64,000 nt of DNA from Lingula anatina (GCA_051362555.1 CM120641.1:29084401-29148400), one strand, 5' to 3'. Numbered from the stretch's first letter, positions 13,781 to 29,370 are shown. The notes: generated by a model from the sequence alone, not told the origin. Made by a program: numbers and translations.

Positions 13781-15966
13781 CAGAAGCAGATCACACAAGA
13801 ACCTCATATTGCCCTAGATATCTATATTGGGCTCTGATTTATAATTTACATTAATATCATGTTAAAAATAGTCTAGAAGAGAATACAATCACACTTCTTT
13901 TCATGTGTTATGCTGACTGCATAAAAGCCCTGGTTAACAGACATGAGCATTATTACAAAAGAGCATTTATTTTCTTGTCAAAATAGGTTTTGTTAAAACT
14001 GTAATAAATAGTAGGCTTAAAAACTCTACATTTCTGCTCTATTTCAAACTAATGTTATTTGATAAATAAAATATATAAAAATAATGAGGTAATCACAAAA
14101 GGTTGCTTGGGTGTATTATATGTTGCCAATGCCATATTGACGTCTGACAGACTGTTTATTTGAGCAATTGCTCCATGGAGAACGAAACACTGCTCTTCCC
14201 TTCCATGTTTCATCTAGTATTGATTGTGAACATTGTGTTGACAGTCTCCATTTTCTCAGTAATGACACATTTAATTGCAAGTTATTGCATTCTGAAAAGG
14301 TCACCTTATAATGAAAGACTCTGTTAAAGGACCCAAGTCTTGCAAAAGAAGTGACGGATATCACCACCTTTATCTTGTAGGAGCTACACAGTCAAAAAAG
14401 AACAAAAAAACTGTCACCATTATGCTAATGGTCTGACATAAATGTGTCCCCTCTGCAATACATATGTACTGGCAATATGCTTGCATGAGGGGTCACATTC
14501 TGCTGAGGGGAGACAGCATTCATATTTCACAACCAAGGGATAATTATGATTGGGATGAATGACAAGGAAACTAAAAAGCAAAAACAAGGAAGCTGGTGGC
14601 TCAAATTGTCAGTCATCTGCAATTAGAGCTACTGACACCTTTGTTTGACATTAATATACTGCTGGTTTTATGCATGTACTAGTAAATGTAAGAAAGGATA
14701 AAAAAAAAGTCAGGAGAAGATGACATGCAGCCTCCATTAAACTAAATCCACTTCCACTCTCAGTAATATTGTAAAAAAAAAAACTATCCTATATGTAAAT
14801 ATCTAGAAATACTTTAAATAATTTTAAATCAAATGAGCCCTATAACTAGCATCTTATGTTGCATTTTTTGTCAATTTGTGATAGCTTTACTAAGTTCTTA
14901 CCAGTGTAAGTCATCAGAAAAACAAAGGCTGAGCTATCAGAATTTTGGTCTAGTTTTAAGATTATTTTTCCATTATCTCTAAATATGGTTTACGGAGTAG
15001 TTAAATTTAATAAAGATCAGTGTTTCACGAGCTACTTAGCACTTTCCCAGTAAGCTCAAAATTTAAAGGCACAGGCTGGCCTTGTGTTCGTCATCATCAT
15101 CACGACTTAATTCCAATTGCCAGTAGTGGGGTTAATTTTGACACCCTAATGGCTATGGTTATAAATCTTAATCAAAGTCAGCTAAGCTAGAACATGCTAA
15201 GTTAGGCTGCTTTTACTTAACTGGAGATTTACCTTTATTCTTGGACACTTCTTCTTTTTAAAGTTATATATGAAGCAAGTGTAGTTTCCCTGTAACACAT
15301 ATGCACCACTCCTACTCCTCCTAGTTTCTCATACAACTCAAATAAATTCATGGCCAGAGAATAAATCAAATAAATCACATGGAAAGGAAAATTATTGGTG
15401 TAAAAATGCATCTTGCTCATATTTCTGGTCTTAAACTTGACCTTTTTATACAACCCTCCAGTTTGTTAAAGTTCATCAAATGACGTAGTAATATATGTCA
15501 TAAAACTGCTGCTCGTGCAATAGTATAAAATTTTTTAAATAGGGTCTGACAAAAGCAACTGAGGGTCATATAAAGCACCTAAAGAAAGAAAAAATTTCAA
15601 ATATCATCTTTGACTTCATATGTAACCTTTAGAGAGATTAGTTAGGAGATAAACAATGCAAAACTTCTTTGAAATTCCTAGAATAAGCATAAAAATATCA
15701 CATTACCCTAAATCCTCTCCATCAACCCCAATGGAGCATTCAGAACAAGGGACTAACTAGTATGGCAACCCACTCAAAAGCTTGCCATCTAATCCGCTAA
15801 CAGACACTGAATAGCTTCCTCGTAGGGAAGTATTCAAGTGGGTCGGCCATATTTGGTCTGTGGACTTCTTAGTCCGTTGTTGTGAATGCGGCCTTTAAAG
15901 TCACCAAAAACAGTCACTGACAAAACTGCGTAACTAATCAATCAACTGATACGATAACCATCTTAC

Positions 15967-16035
15967 CAGTTGGTTTGTTCCTCTCTGGATGTGCTAGTGG
16001 AATCCATGGACGCTGTGGTGGCTGGGTGGCAGTGA
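15967..16035 (-). CDS. CNOT6: CNOT6 coding exon 4 (linker): FTATQPPQRPWIPLAHPERNKPT
   Basis: Read manually; ttctAG acceptor and G|GTAAGA donor; phase 1-1; conserved PP.RPW linker. Confidence 0.93.
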
Positions 16036-17720
16036 CTAGAAAGACAAAACATTTCAACATTTATGAAACACATAGCATAATGTTTCAACTAAGTCACATT
16101 CTTATAAATTTATTGCACAATAGCACAACGCAATGTTATTTAACAATATAGAAATTTGAAAAGTTTGATGAAATAGCATATTATTTCAAGGTAAATAACA
16201 TGAAAAAATATATATATTGAAACTCATTAACTAAATCTAATTATGAACAGAAAAACGCTTTTGGGCATCCACTCTCACAACTTCAGGCACACCAGTTACG
16301 ATAAATACTTGTACATGAACAGCCCTTGTACATCAACAGCAATATCAATAGGCAATAACCCAGTGATACTTTAAGAGTTAAAATTACTTCAAGTAAGAAG
16401 CAAAAGAGAAGATCTGATGTCCCTCTCTCACATTTCATCTTTTCCTATGTCTCAATGTACATACACTAAATATTGTCCTTAAATGTTATATCTTATTCCC
16501 TTGCTTTAAATAACAAAATATGCCATGTTTCTTTAAGTTAAGCCATTTCAACAAAAACCAACAAATAAAAACCCAAGCCAATGAATACTTCATTATTACA
16601 GTGTGCCTGTGTGTGTGTGTGGTAGGAGTAAACTGATGAGGGTGTAGTTCTGTTCTTTAAATCTTGATGCCTGGGTCAATGCACCATAACTGTATCTCCT
16701 AACCAGATATTTGTGAAATTAACCATACAATACATGTAGGTCTGTTAAGGTCAGAAACCATACCAAATAACCCACTATTCTTTTTCCCCATGACCCTATG
16801 ATACAAGGCACTTCCTATGCCTAGGAAAGGTTTCCTGGAAAATCATTGTTATCTTCAAGAAGTCATTAAATCTAATCAATATATCTCACCCCAAATGATG
16901 TATGATTTCCCAGCTTTCTTCACTTGTTTCTAAGAATGTCAAGCAGATCCTATTCATATTTACCCAACCAATGCATAACTCTTCCATTGTGATAGTCAAT
17001 CTATGTTGTTTCTCTATTACAATTTTCAAAACTGTTCTAGATAATACTAAGACTGAAGTGTTTAGCATCTTGTTGGTTATCAAATGAATATTTCAGCAAT
17101 ATAGCGACAGCAAGCCCAGCTTAGCAAGCACTACAGTTCCCACACTGATCTGAGCCCATTACTCCTAAATCAATGTTACAGTTCAGTGACTCTTTATTCA
17201 CCCGTTTTACGATATTCCCTTCTCTCTCTTTTTTGAAAGTTTTTCTTTTTTAATTCTTTTCCTTCCATGTATTTTAAAACTCTATACCATTCTAAAAAGA
17301 TTTATGAATTTTATGGCAATCCACACTGATCCAACATGGCATAATCCTGATTACCAACAGTTATCTGGGGTCACACCAGTCACTCTCAGACAGAGAGGAC
17401 ATGGGTCAAGATAGGTACTTTGTTGTGGACAAAAAGTAAACTAAGCATGGGCCTAAATATACATTTTGCTCTTAATTAAAAGCTTATTTGTCAGCACTGT
17501 AGTACAATGCTTTTTTTTTCACTTTTTAAAATAATATCTTTGCAAATATCTTTAAAAAACTTGAGCAGACCACAGAATAGCCATAAAACAGTATCCCTTA
17601 CAAAGCATTACAAGCCATGATTCAATTTAATATATAATCTTGCATTTTAGCTCAATCTTAACCAAACTTCTTCTGCAATGTGTGTACACAAAGTTCTGAA
17701 ACTTATCAAGTTACCTACAT

Positions 17721-17955
17721 CATTACCCAAGGATCGATCTGTCTCTGAGGGGATTCTTGCTAAATTGCAATTAACTTAAGCGGCTTAGATGTCCGTTACC
17801 CCTACTGAGGCTGCTAGGGGTAATTAATTATCATTTAGCAGCTTCAGTAGGCGTGCCAGACATAAAAGCCTCTTAGGCTGAAAGCAACATTTAGCAAGAA
17901 ACCCCTCGAAGATGGATCATTCCTGTTAGATCAATCTAGATATGGAGACCCAATC
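17721..17955. mobile_element. MITE copy, same family as 2719-2975
   Basis: Shared blocks aattgcaattaacttaagcg, gccagacat and ttcctgttagatc. Confidence 0.72.
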
Positions 17956-20900
17956 AAACTAACAAGGCATTATTAACCTATCATTTTAAACTTAAATACT
18001 TGGTGGTGTAAGTGCTACAATGGACATTACACTCATAGTGTACGTGAACTGAAATGAAGGGTCTAACACTGAGTCCAACAGCATTCCTGCCTGGATCAAC
18101 ATACCTTTGAGGACACATTTGTTTACAAAACTGGTCTCAGGACATGTCTTTTTTTATCTGACCTTATTACACCTGCATTCTAATCTGACATACTCCACAG
18201 AACATCTATTCATTTCAGTTCAGCCCCAGCCTTCGATCCATTTCAGCTTGCACTACCAATTTTTATGCTGCAACATCTGATGATAATCAAAAAAAGTTTT
18301 TTGGATGACCAGGGTGGGAAAGGGGGGTGGGGGCAATAAGATAAGGCAAAATGTTTTACCACTATCACATAAGCCACAATGGCTGCCACATTTTTGCCAT
18401 GAAATTTGGAAGGACACTTCAGTTGACTAACTATCTTGTGATGGCGTAAATTGGCCTGGAAATCGGCCTAGATGCCTGGTTATTGCTTCCAGGTCATTGG
18501 CATCAGGTTTCCTAGAACTGAGCTACCAACAGGTTATCATGTGACATTTCAAAACTCAAAAACAATCTTTTTTTTTTTTTTTTTTTTGCAACAGGTATAC
18601 CTCAGTAATCATCCAAAAACTTTCTGGATTTTTGGGGTACACCCACATCATTAAATACAGTAATATGATGCCAATGCAGCTATCACCAAAGATGTTTAAC
18701 CTCAAAATTACATACACTCAATTTCTCAATTTCAAACAGCTGCAGTAAGAAGCTGTGACAAACACATATTACCATCAAGTCATCTAAGAACAGTGGTATC
18801 TGATTACAGTCATGCACGTCAAATTATCTCCACTTCTGAGAAATTTATCAAGCAATTCCATAAGTCAGGAATATAGAGAAACCTCAAGAACAAGTAAATA
18901 TGCTTGCAAATTCTGCAATCACTGCTAAACTTTTCTTTAATTCTAATTCATTACTGTCACAACAAAAGAACACAGTTTACCAGTATCAAATTGTGGTGAT
19001 CAGGGATGAATATAAAGCAACGTAGTGCATATATGAAGTTTGTTCTTCAAACTACCCAGTTGCAGTTTACAATCATATTAAGGCATCTTTATACACATTT
19101 TTTGCTAGAATTTGAAGTTAAGGGTCACTCTTGCAATGATGATTGAAATGGAGGCCATTTCTAAGGTACTATGTATGGCTGTATTGAACAGCGGTTGTCA
19201 TTTTGGACCCAAATTGTAGTGCAATGGTCATTTTGGATTACTGTGAAACAGACATTACATTTTTTGGTTTTTCAGGTCAACTTACATCAAGGACTCCAAA
19301 AACTGCAATTACTGAAACCCTCCAATCTGAACTAAAGGAAAGTTTTGGCACTTCCTTCCTGACTCTATCCTAGCAGTTCAATTGTTACATCCAGAATGTA
19401 CCATATCATACCATGATTCAATATTCCTGTCATTCACGTCATTACATCCAAGTAAAACAAAAATTAACAAAACAATAAAGAATTTAAATTAACATATTCC
19501 TGTCATCTTTCATTGATCTGCATCAAACATATTTGATTTACTTACATATTTTGTGCAATTTGTTCTGCTACATTAACTCAGAGCACAATGTGCTTACAGT
19601 TACACAATTGACAACACTGATAACTGGGATGGTTGTGCCACCATCAACACATCCAAGTCTAAAAATCACCTTTTAACTCTGATGGGCATCTTGTAGGTCA
19701 AATTTGAGGTTGCCATTGGGACATGGGCTACGGCAATGACTTGAAAACTTTTAAAACAGCATCCAACATTCATGGAGGCCGAATTTTAAGGATAAAGAAA
19801 CTTTATTTCTGAAATAAAGGTACTTGGGGAAACAACGTGTCAACAGCACCAAGACCATGATAAGCATATCAAAAGCCCCACCTTTTATAATTATGTGTTA
19901 CGTCATTCTAACTAATTTGACTTAATTTCATTCATCAGTTCCCAACTTACGTTCAATAGGGTGACTCCCGTTTTCGCCCACGTCCGCACACATAATTATA
20001 AAACTTAGCAAATAATTTTATTCCATAAGTCTTGGTTATAACACTGGTCAGTGGAGAATGGTGGAGATGGGAGAAGGTGAACTAAGGGTAATGGCTTTGC
20101 TTACAGACTAATTAATGTTCAAGAAAAGGGACTTGCCCAGTGAAGAGATTCCCTAAAACACTTCTTTTCTATCACATTCAAACCAGGCAAAAATGCTATC
20201 AATTCTTAAGTGCTGGCTTTTAAGTCTAACGACATTACCTTATCTCCCAGCAAAACATCTCTCTCTTCCAGGTCTTAAACTATGTCATAGAAAAGTGAAG
20301 GAAAAAGGCTGCAGCAACCAGTTCATACATAACTGAACATCAATTATCCACAACCTCATCTCTATTTTTAAAAATAATAATACAATCATTATTCAAAGAA
20401 AGAGAAGGAGAGACCATTGCCTTACTGAATGAACATACAATCAATAATGTCATTTAAATAATATTCTCTCATAAACAAGTTAAGGTGTTGTACCTGGATG
20501 ATAAAACTGATGACATTACTCATGCAAAGGGGAGCTACAGTGCCAACAGAACTTATGTTTTTTTGTTTTTTTTTAATGTTTCTAATTTTTGACTAAAATC
20601 ATTCATCTGAAGTGCCCTATGTTTAACAAAATGGAATGAAACTGCAAACAAAAACAAAACCTGCAATTTCTTTAAGAAGGTTTTAAAAATGTTTTTTATT
20701 TTGTCCATGAAAAAGACTACCTCCTAGCTCCCATTAACATGAGTGATACAGATGACTTTTCTTTACTCAAATCTGTGCCAGTTGACGATGGCAGAGACCA
20801 GCTCCAATCTAGACGAAAAAAAAACGTGTACTTCAATCAGCTTAAATCAAACACTGAAGGGATAAAACCTACGGACCTTGTGGAATGAGAGGTTGTCACG

Positions 20901-21978
20901 GGTTCATGTCCTGAGGAGTTATGGACAATGTAACAAGGTATCAGTAACAGCTTCCATCATGCACTTGTATGTATGCCAGTGGACTCTTTGGTTAACTGAC
21001 AGTTGATGCAACTCGGGTATGACTTAATCAGTGACAACAAACATTTTTTTTGTTCGCCTGCAGATATTACAAAAAACAAAATAATATTTTGTCCTAGCAA
21101 AACAAAACATATCTCATTTGTAGGTGACACAGTGAGGGTGATTAAAATGCACCGCCGTATGGCCACGCATTCTTGCATGTGCCTGTGCATGTCCTACTTA
21201 GCCAAGCATACCCTTAAACACTCATTATTAATACATTAAAGATACCACTGTCAGATCATATTAAATTACTTTTAGCAATGAAGAAAATAAAATAAACAAG
21301 GTTATGGTAATTTCTCAGTGAATTCACACAAACACCAAAAACCGTATTTCTCACCTATGATTTGCGTACATTTTAACGATTTTGCTCCAAAAGCGAGCAG
21401 TTAGTTTTGATACTTTTTTTTTTTTTCATGAGTATAACTTTGAAATTTGTTAGTAATGACGGTGCCTCCATCGTCATATGTGAACCATGCTCCAACGAGC
21501 ACCCTCTGTCATTAACACTAATAGCCAAAACAACAACAGGTAGTAATATTGCTGGCAAGCACTTCAGTGACAACAAGTGCCTTTGCACGAGAAGGTCTAG
21601 ATTGCAATCTACCATGCAATAGTAGTGCCATCTTTGAACTGAAATATCACTCCCATCTTTTATCTGACAATTCTAAACACATTTACCTTGAAAATGAGAA
21701 TCATGTTAAGATAAGATTACCCGCAGTGGCAGTTGATATCCACCGGTATTACTGCGTAAGTTTTTTTTTTTTTTTTTTTTTTTTATGTCACATTTGATGG
21801 CAAATTGCAGAGGATATGTAACATTTGGAATAAAATACGCCAGTCTCACAGTGTAACTAAGATTTTTCTGTAACTGCCCTTTCACCAAAACTGCCATGGT
21901 GCCCGAGATGGGAAAGGTGGAGGGAATGCTGTCACTCTCTATGTATGCACCTACTTTGAACAAGAGAGAGTCGACTTG

Positions 21979-24900
21979 TAGTCCAAGAAATTGGTGCAGA
22001 AAAAAGGGTGAATTGTGCGTTTTTTACCTACAAGCATGAAATTTGCCACAGTTGTAGATAATGGAATTCTAAGCTTTTTTGGATATATGGGCATGTCTGA
22101 AAATTCCAGTATGGCCGCCAAATCCAATATGGCCGCCACAAATACTCTTTTAAATTAAAACATCTAATATATAGTCCTAAAATGGTTTAGAATATCATTT
22201 TATAGCTGGAAAATATCATGCTATGAATGAATTATCAATATCCGCTTCTACAGGTGTTTAGAATTCCAAAATGGCCTCCAAAAGTAAAATAAGCAGTTTA
22301 CTTACGCAAAATATGCAGCAGTTTTGTAAAATCATCAAGCACTTACAATTACAAGCATAAAAATTGGGACAGTTATGTAGAACATGATTCTAAGCAACGT
22401 TGGATATAGGGGCATGTCTGAAAATTCCAATATGGCAGCCAATTTCAATATTGCCCCCAAAATACCCTTTCAAGGTGAAAGTTATTTGTATAGTCTTTTA
22501 TAAAAATATCATTTAATGGTTAGAAAATACCATTGTATGTATGAAGTATCAGTATCTGCCACTTAAGGTTTTAAAATTCCAAAATGGCCTCCAAAAGTCA
22601 GCAGACCACAACTATTGAATTGTATTCACTCGTAAATAGGCATGTGGGCTTTGCAAACTACCTGTATAATCACCATATTCCTACCTGTGCAGGAGCTATT
22701 CTACAGAGTTTTTTAAAAACCATCAAGCATGATACATTTATTATGTACTGAAAACAGTCCTTCTTTTGATAAACCAACATAAGTAGTTTGACTTTTTGCT
22801 CTGGATTCTCATTTAGATCAATTCCCAGTTAGCAATCTTCTTATATGGCACTCATGAATGACTCCCCCTTTCTAAGAAAAAAAGTATCGTGCAAAATCCA
22901 TAAAATGTGAAAGAAACACCAGAATAACTTAGCCTTAAAGAGGCAAATATAAAAAAATTGGGGTGTACCAATTTTGTCTGTTGGTTATGATTCTTCAGCT
23001 AGATCAGTGCATGGCGCTTCATCAAATGCTCATAAATATAACAAAAATGACAGCTAATCAAACATACAGGTCTCAACAATTTGGTGTTTTTCATTGGTAA
23101 AGTACTAAAAGCGGGGCACATTTGCACTCGATAATGTTATGATGTTATCTTGTGCTTCAAAAGTAAATTAGAAAAGCTTCTTATTTAAAAAATTGGCTTT
23201 AGTACATTCGCAGTAATGGCTACCGAGAATTTAGTGAAAATTTATGAGCAAAGAAATACCTGTACCCCAAACAGAGGGCAGGTGTTGATACGTGCTGTAT
23301 CCAAGAGTTGCATTGCAGACTTCACACTTCGTGCACTAAAAAAGAAGCACTGATAGGCGCCAAACTTTGGTTTTCATTTGATCATTTGGCAACTTGTTAC
23401 AAACTTATACTTTCAAAAAACTGAACATGAAAATAAAAGAATTAAAATCCTCCAGATAGTTAATACATACAAAACTTCAAAAAACGATGTATTCTGAGGA
23501 TTACACCAAGAAATTAGTGCAATATGGACTTTGAAAGGTAAAAATTCATGAGATTTCAGGCATCATTGTCTCTGTGGGACAATCCAGAATGAAGCCATGA
23601 GGAGAATTCACTTACCCAGCTTACAAAATCTACCAGGTAGCTCCTACCACATCTGTTTGTAGTTATGTGTGCAGTTGCTAACTGTGGTGAGGGGAGTCAG
23701 AAGCATTGGAAGACAATGCTAGGCTAGGGTTCACACTAGTAACCTACATCTACTAATATGCCCTTCCACACTTTCATGTTCCTATGGACCCTCATGCATG
23801 TAAACTGATGCTTTCTGGTGTTAAAAACGACCAATGCCTCTTTGTATTTTGTTGGGGGAAGTTGATTACATGTAGAAGCTTTAGCTTTAAGGAAATACTG
23901 GGAAAGCTGAGGGAAACACAACTACTAGTAAAGCTAGGCACACATTAATGAATGAAAATTATTTAACCAAATACGTAGAAATTTCGGTGTAGCTAGCTGT
24001 TATCCTCTGTTGAGATATTGTCCATTTACTAAAGTAAAAGGTTGACCGCCCATAAAATGTGCAACACTTACTTGATAAAATAACTTTCGTTAATTTGAAA
24101 CTTATTTGTGAAAATACCTTGACATTTTCGTATCCTTGACATTTATAGAATTGCTGCATGTGGTGTCACAACTAGACCAAAAGGAGTCCTGTTCCATTTT
24201 TTATGGTCATTTGGGTCTAAATGTAACTAAAGGAGCGAAAAACCAAAAAAGAGTAAAGACTGTTGTCAGTCAGATTATATAGTAGTCTTTTTTTACTTTA
24301 AAAGGGTTTTAGTGGCCATATTAGAATCTTCAGACATGTCCCTATATAACAAATTGCTTAGAATCCTGTTCTGTACAATTGAGCCAATTTTCATGCTTGT
24401 AGTTTTAAGTGCATGATGAATTCACCATACTGCTGCTGTGAGTGGCCTGTTTTTCTTATTTTTGGAGGCCATTTTGGATTTCTATACACTTAAAGAATCA
24501 AATATTGATACTTCATGCATACCATAGTCTTGTCTAACCATAAAATGTTATCTTAAGTTATTATAGGATTATATATACTTGAAGTTTTAATTTGAACGGG
24601 TATTTGTGTCGGCTATATTGGATTTGGGGGCCATATATGGAAATTTTTAGACATGCTCATACATCCAAAAGTGCTTGGAACCCTGTTTTACAACTGTACC
24701 AAATGCCATGCTTGTAGTTTTTGATGAATTAACCACTCTGCTGGATATCTTGGATTAGTAGAGTGCTTTTTACTATTGGCGGCCATTTTGGATTTAATAC
24801 ACCTAAAAAAGCAAATATTGATTCTGAATTCATACCGTGGTGTTTTTTAACCTTTGTATGATATTTACGCCCTTAAAAGACTATATACTTGAAGTTTTAA

Positions 24901-25366
24901 TTAGAAGCCGTATTTTTGGAGGCCATCTTGGATTTGAAGGCCATTTTTAAATTTTCGGATATGCCCATACATCCAAACTTGCTCAGAATTTCATTTTCCA
25001 CAAACCTGCCAAATTTTATGCTTGTAGTTTTAAGTGCTTGATGAATTCCCCATTCAAATGGATATCTTGAATAAATGGTCTGCTTTTTTTACTTTTGGCA
25101 GCCATTTTGGATTTAATACACCTGAAGGATTCATACCATGGTGTTTTCTAACCTTTATATGATATTTTAAGTCATTAGAAGACTATGTGCTTGAAGTTTT
25201 AATTTGAAAAGGTATTTTGGTGGCCATATTGGATTTGACGGCCATTTTGGAATTTTCAGACATGCCCATATATCCAAATTTGCTTAGAATTTTATTGTCC
25301 ATGAGTGTGCCAAATTTCATGCTTGTAGGTAAAAAATGCACAATTTTTCACCAATTTCCTGGACTA
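21979..25366. mobile_element. 3.4-kb non-autonomous DNA transposon with long repeat-built inverted arms, Academ-like
   Basis: TIR TAGTCCAAGAAATTGGTG / CACCAATTTCCTGGACTA; 3-bp TSD TTG (21976-78 and 25367-69); ~300-bp subterminal units repeated in both arms. Confidence 0.8.
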
Positions 25367-26563
25367 TTGGTGGGAATAACAGTGTGGGAGTGCTTCTTGG
25401 CATACGATAACAGTATAGCCACACCTGCATTACCAGAATTTCTAAAGAAAACAGTCTCCCTTGATGAAGAACAGCATTTTTGGTTGATATTTTCCAGTTT
25501 TAGAACAAATGTTGGCATGAACTCTTTTGCAAATAAAAACACTCACACTATAGTGTGTGTATATAATATCTATGTAACATCAGGAACTGAACATGTATAT
25601 ATTTCTCATACAATGAAATCTGCATTAGCTTTGAAAACATGGAATTTCTCTAAAAAATTATCATTTTGAAAATATTTTGAATCATTGGGTTGAAACAATG
25701 GGTTCAAAATTTTTTTAAATACAAAATTGAAATCAGCATACATTAATTTTTCTTCACAGAATAAGCATGACCAATTTTGGCATTTGCACTACAAACCCAT
25801 CGGCATTTTAAAGATTTCCTCTTCATGTTGAGAAGAACTGACTGACCCCTACAGTGCAAATACCCATCCTTAAAAGGTTAACTGCACTCTCTCAAAACCA
25901 CTTAGTCAATGCTGAAGCCTACATAAAGTATTCAAATTGGAAGGGATCTTCTTTAAAGTAGCCATGTTGTAAACTGGTCTAAGCTCAGCCATCATATATC
26001 TTTCTAGAGCCCAATCCTTATTATGATGATATGCAAACAAAGCAGAAAAGATCTTTTTCAGAAATGAGAAACAGCTTATACAACACCCAAATACCAAAAG
26101 AAAGATAAAAAAATGGACAGTTCTTATCATTTGAAGGGATTTTGATATTTCAGGTTCATGACCATTTTCTTTTGATAAACAAACATGAAACAACCAAAAT
26201 AACTCAACTGTACAGGAACAATGAATTTCACCTTTGACTTTTATTACTTTCTCTTGTCATTTATTCAATAAACTCCTATCATTTTAGAGTTCCATACAAA
26301 TTTTCCCAGCTAATAAAATCATTCCCTACACTGAGCAGCCATCTTAGTAAAAAGTGCATTTTTGTTTGATGAAAATGATAAAGTCCAATTTATATACACT
26401 GAGCAAATATATAAATGTGAATTTTTATTTTACATGTAATGGGTGATGCAATGAGCTGAAGTTAATCTGTAGCATGCCAAACAACAGAATTCACTTAAGT
26501 TTGTATGATTTAATATGCACATGTGTAACCCATAATGCTGATAACATTTTAAAATTTCTTATG

Positions 26564-26565
<2 letters not shown>

Positions 26566-26635
<70 letters not shown>
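26566..26635. repeat. (GT)n microsatellite
   Basis: Directly visible. Confidence 0.95.
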
Positions 26636-26637
<2 letters not shown>

Positions 26638-27366
26638 AAGCAGAAACTTGTCATTATCAAAGGTGGTGTATAATGCAACTGAAAAATATCACCAAAATCA
26701 TAAATAATGTTAAAGTACACTTCTCACTTATGATATTTAGTCCATGTGGACCATTGAGAACAATGTGTCTCATGTCAGCAGGCAAGCTGTTTTGTGCCCT
26801 GTGCATATATTTACATTACCAACAACAACGTATACACGCAACCAATTATAATTTTATCTTTTGCAAATAACACACGCATAATTGTTTTAGCAGTCTGCAA
26901 CAATTAGCATATGTCTCAAGCTTGCCTGCCAATCTAAAGAGACACCAGGGCAAATATAAAAAGTTGAAATCTCATTTAACAGTAGCACACTTATAGAAAA
27001 TGACTGCTTTTATGGCTAGTAGCCTAAAAGTCAAAGGCACAGACTGTTTCAGTCCTAATGTGTTCGTGCTGATAATATAAATTAATTATAAGGCATTATA
27101 ATTATAATAACAGGTGAGAAAGTCAGAGTGGTAATTATTTACTTTCAAATTATGTTCTGAGCCAGCTGGACTTAGATAACAAGCTGATTACAATTAGCTT
27201 TCATTTTATGTAATTACCAGTCACAGGGGGTATACAGTGCGTCAGGTACACCAGTGACTACTACCCTCTTCTACAAGCTCATTAGGGTACTTGATATCAA
27301 TGATAATCATCTGAGACATCTGTAGGTCTCTACAGCAAGGAGGACAGAAGTGTTTAGGCTATCTTA

Positions 27367-27633
27367 CAGCGCATTCAGATAAACCCATCGTGCTAGCTGA
27401 ATCGGTCCAACTCTGCGGGAGATTCTCCTTAGATGGAATCAGTATGATGGGCGTAAGTGTTTGACATTCCTCATCGAGCAGCTAAGGGTAATTAAGCTGA
27501 GCGCACATAAAAGTTAATTACCTAAAAGAGGCATGTCAGACTTTTAAGGTTATTACACAGATTGCAATTAAACGAGAATCCCTGCAGAGTTAGATCAACC
27601 CAGATGGTATGATGTCTGAATCTGAATGTGGTC
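27367..27633. mobile_element. MITE, PIF/Harbinger-like
   Basis: TTA on both flanks; TIR core cattcagat/atctgaatg; internal inverted repeat aactctgc...gcagagtt. Confidence 0.72.
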
Positions 27634-29370
27634 TTAGAGGCTTTTCATTACCAGTCACACAGGTTATAGTGTGACTGGTTCAATCCAATCACCAAAAGTT
27701 GAAGACACCCCCCCCTCCCCCAGTGTTTTCCTTGATCAAAATCTATACCTTTCTGGCCATTGGGCAAATTAAATTGGCTGCTTATTAACAAATTTTGGCA
27801 TGACTACAAACAGTAGCCCTGGATCCAGGTTTGTTGAAGAGAAAAAAAAAAATGTTGTAGCAATCCTTTCAAGCTGAAAAAAAGCCCTTAACACCTGGAC
27901 CAATTTTTTTAAAAGGGGCAAAAAGCCATGTCTTAAAGCTATAATACCAGGAAATAAAATATATTTGATGCTTAACTGTGATTTGTTTAACAAAACTATG
28001 TCAACATAAATGCAAAACACATCAGAAAATACCTTTGAGTCTAATCTCTGGAGTCTGGGGAGGGGGGGGGGGAGGGGGGTCAAACACAGCATATCAAATG
28101 TTACTAAACACTCATTAATTAAAAATCATACAATGCAATTAAAATGTAGATCAACAAATTCTTATTAGGATATGTTTATGCCAGTGGGATAAAAATTAAT
28201 TTTCATTAATAAACAGACAAATAGTCATTTTCTGAAACTGTATCATTCTAATACCTAATCAAATTCATCTTTATTTAAGCATCTGATAAGGGTTAACTAA
28301 ATACACTTTTCCTATGTACCACTGGACATCCCTTAGGCTAATGATACCTTAATTATATTTTAACAAGGCCAACAGATGTGCTCCAGTTAAAGAGTCAAAG
28401 ATGTCACCAGAAGATAAAACTGAATAAAAAAAGGAAGTATCACAGATTCATTAGTTGAATCAGGTTGAAAAAAAAAGTTTAATGTATATCTTTTATTTTC
28501 ACACAAACAATTCAGCTAAAAAGTGCAATTTTTTGTTAAGTAATGCTCTTACTTTGAAATAAATAAATAAATGAATAAATAAAAATAAATGTCCTTCTGC
28601 ACATGAAGAAAAAAACACTGTAACAATTCTCCTTACAGCATTTGTTATATGATTCAGCATTCTATATGCCAACTATCTAGAATGGCCATCATGCTAAAAG
28701 CAAATGCTCTAAGGCAAAGAGGGACAGTACAGAGTAGTTTAAAGGAACAAACTATTATGAGACTCACAGCCTTGACATAATTTATGCAAAACTTTCACAA
28801 TATGCCTCATAGTATGAAAATGGAAACAATGGTACCATGAGACATGAATGATATTCAGATTCAGCTGATGTAAATTAACATTGTAAATGCAAAAGTCCCA
28901 AAGGCTTTGTTTGAGGTAGCACTTGACAAAAAGTGGATTTAGTTAAGCCCCTATCTGATGCTGTCATACAAAGAGAAATTATATGGAGACAACAATTCTT
29001 GTCTGACCAGAATCAACAGATACAACCGTCATAGTGCATTTGACACTGTCTTTCAACTGCATTTAACTTAATAAAGCTAACATCAATCTTTTGAACACCT
29101 TCAAGGATTTCATCCTGTTGTCACCAGTTACAAGGCTTTGAAAGCTGCCAACTTAACTAGTCAATGGCCTGGGCAAAAAAAAAGACTGCAGATAAAAGCA
29201 TGACATACCTTGCCAGTACCAGGAAATTCTGCCTAAAGGAAACAAACACCACACTGTTGTGACACACACTTGAAAACACGAGGAAATTCTATACTTGTCC
29301 CAGGTTACACAATGGCTGCATCCAGAAACATTTCAACTTTTAGGCTCCAAGTGAAATAAGTTGCATTTAA

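Noticed and set aside
13575-13817. ORFs with HT/CV repeats here, and YI repeats at 41056-41304
   Set aside because: Translations of microsatellites
16886-21400. Further candidate first exons ending in GTGAGA donors (16890, ~21356)
   Set aside because: The ATG-bearing frames end in phase 2 and are out of frame with the exon at 16035; the phase-1 frames have no ATG
21951-25669. Two ORFs with similar peptides (MAAILDLAAILEFSDMPIYP / MVAILDLTAILEFSDMPIYP)
   Set aside because: They are translations of the two inverted arms of the transposon, not paralogous genes
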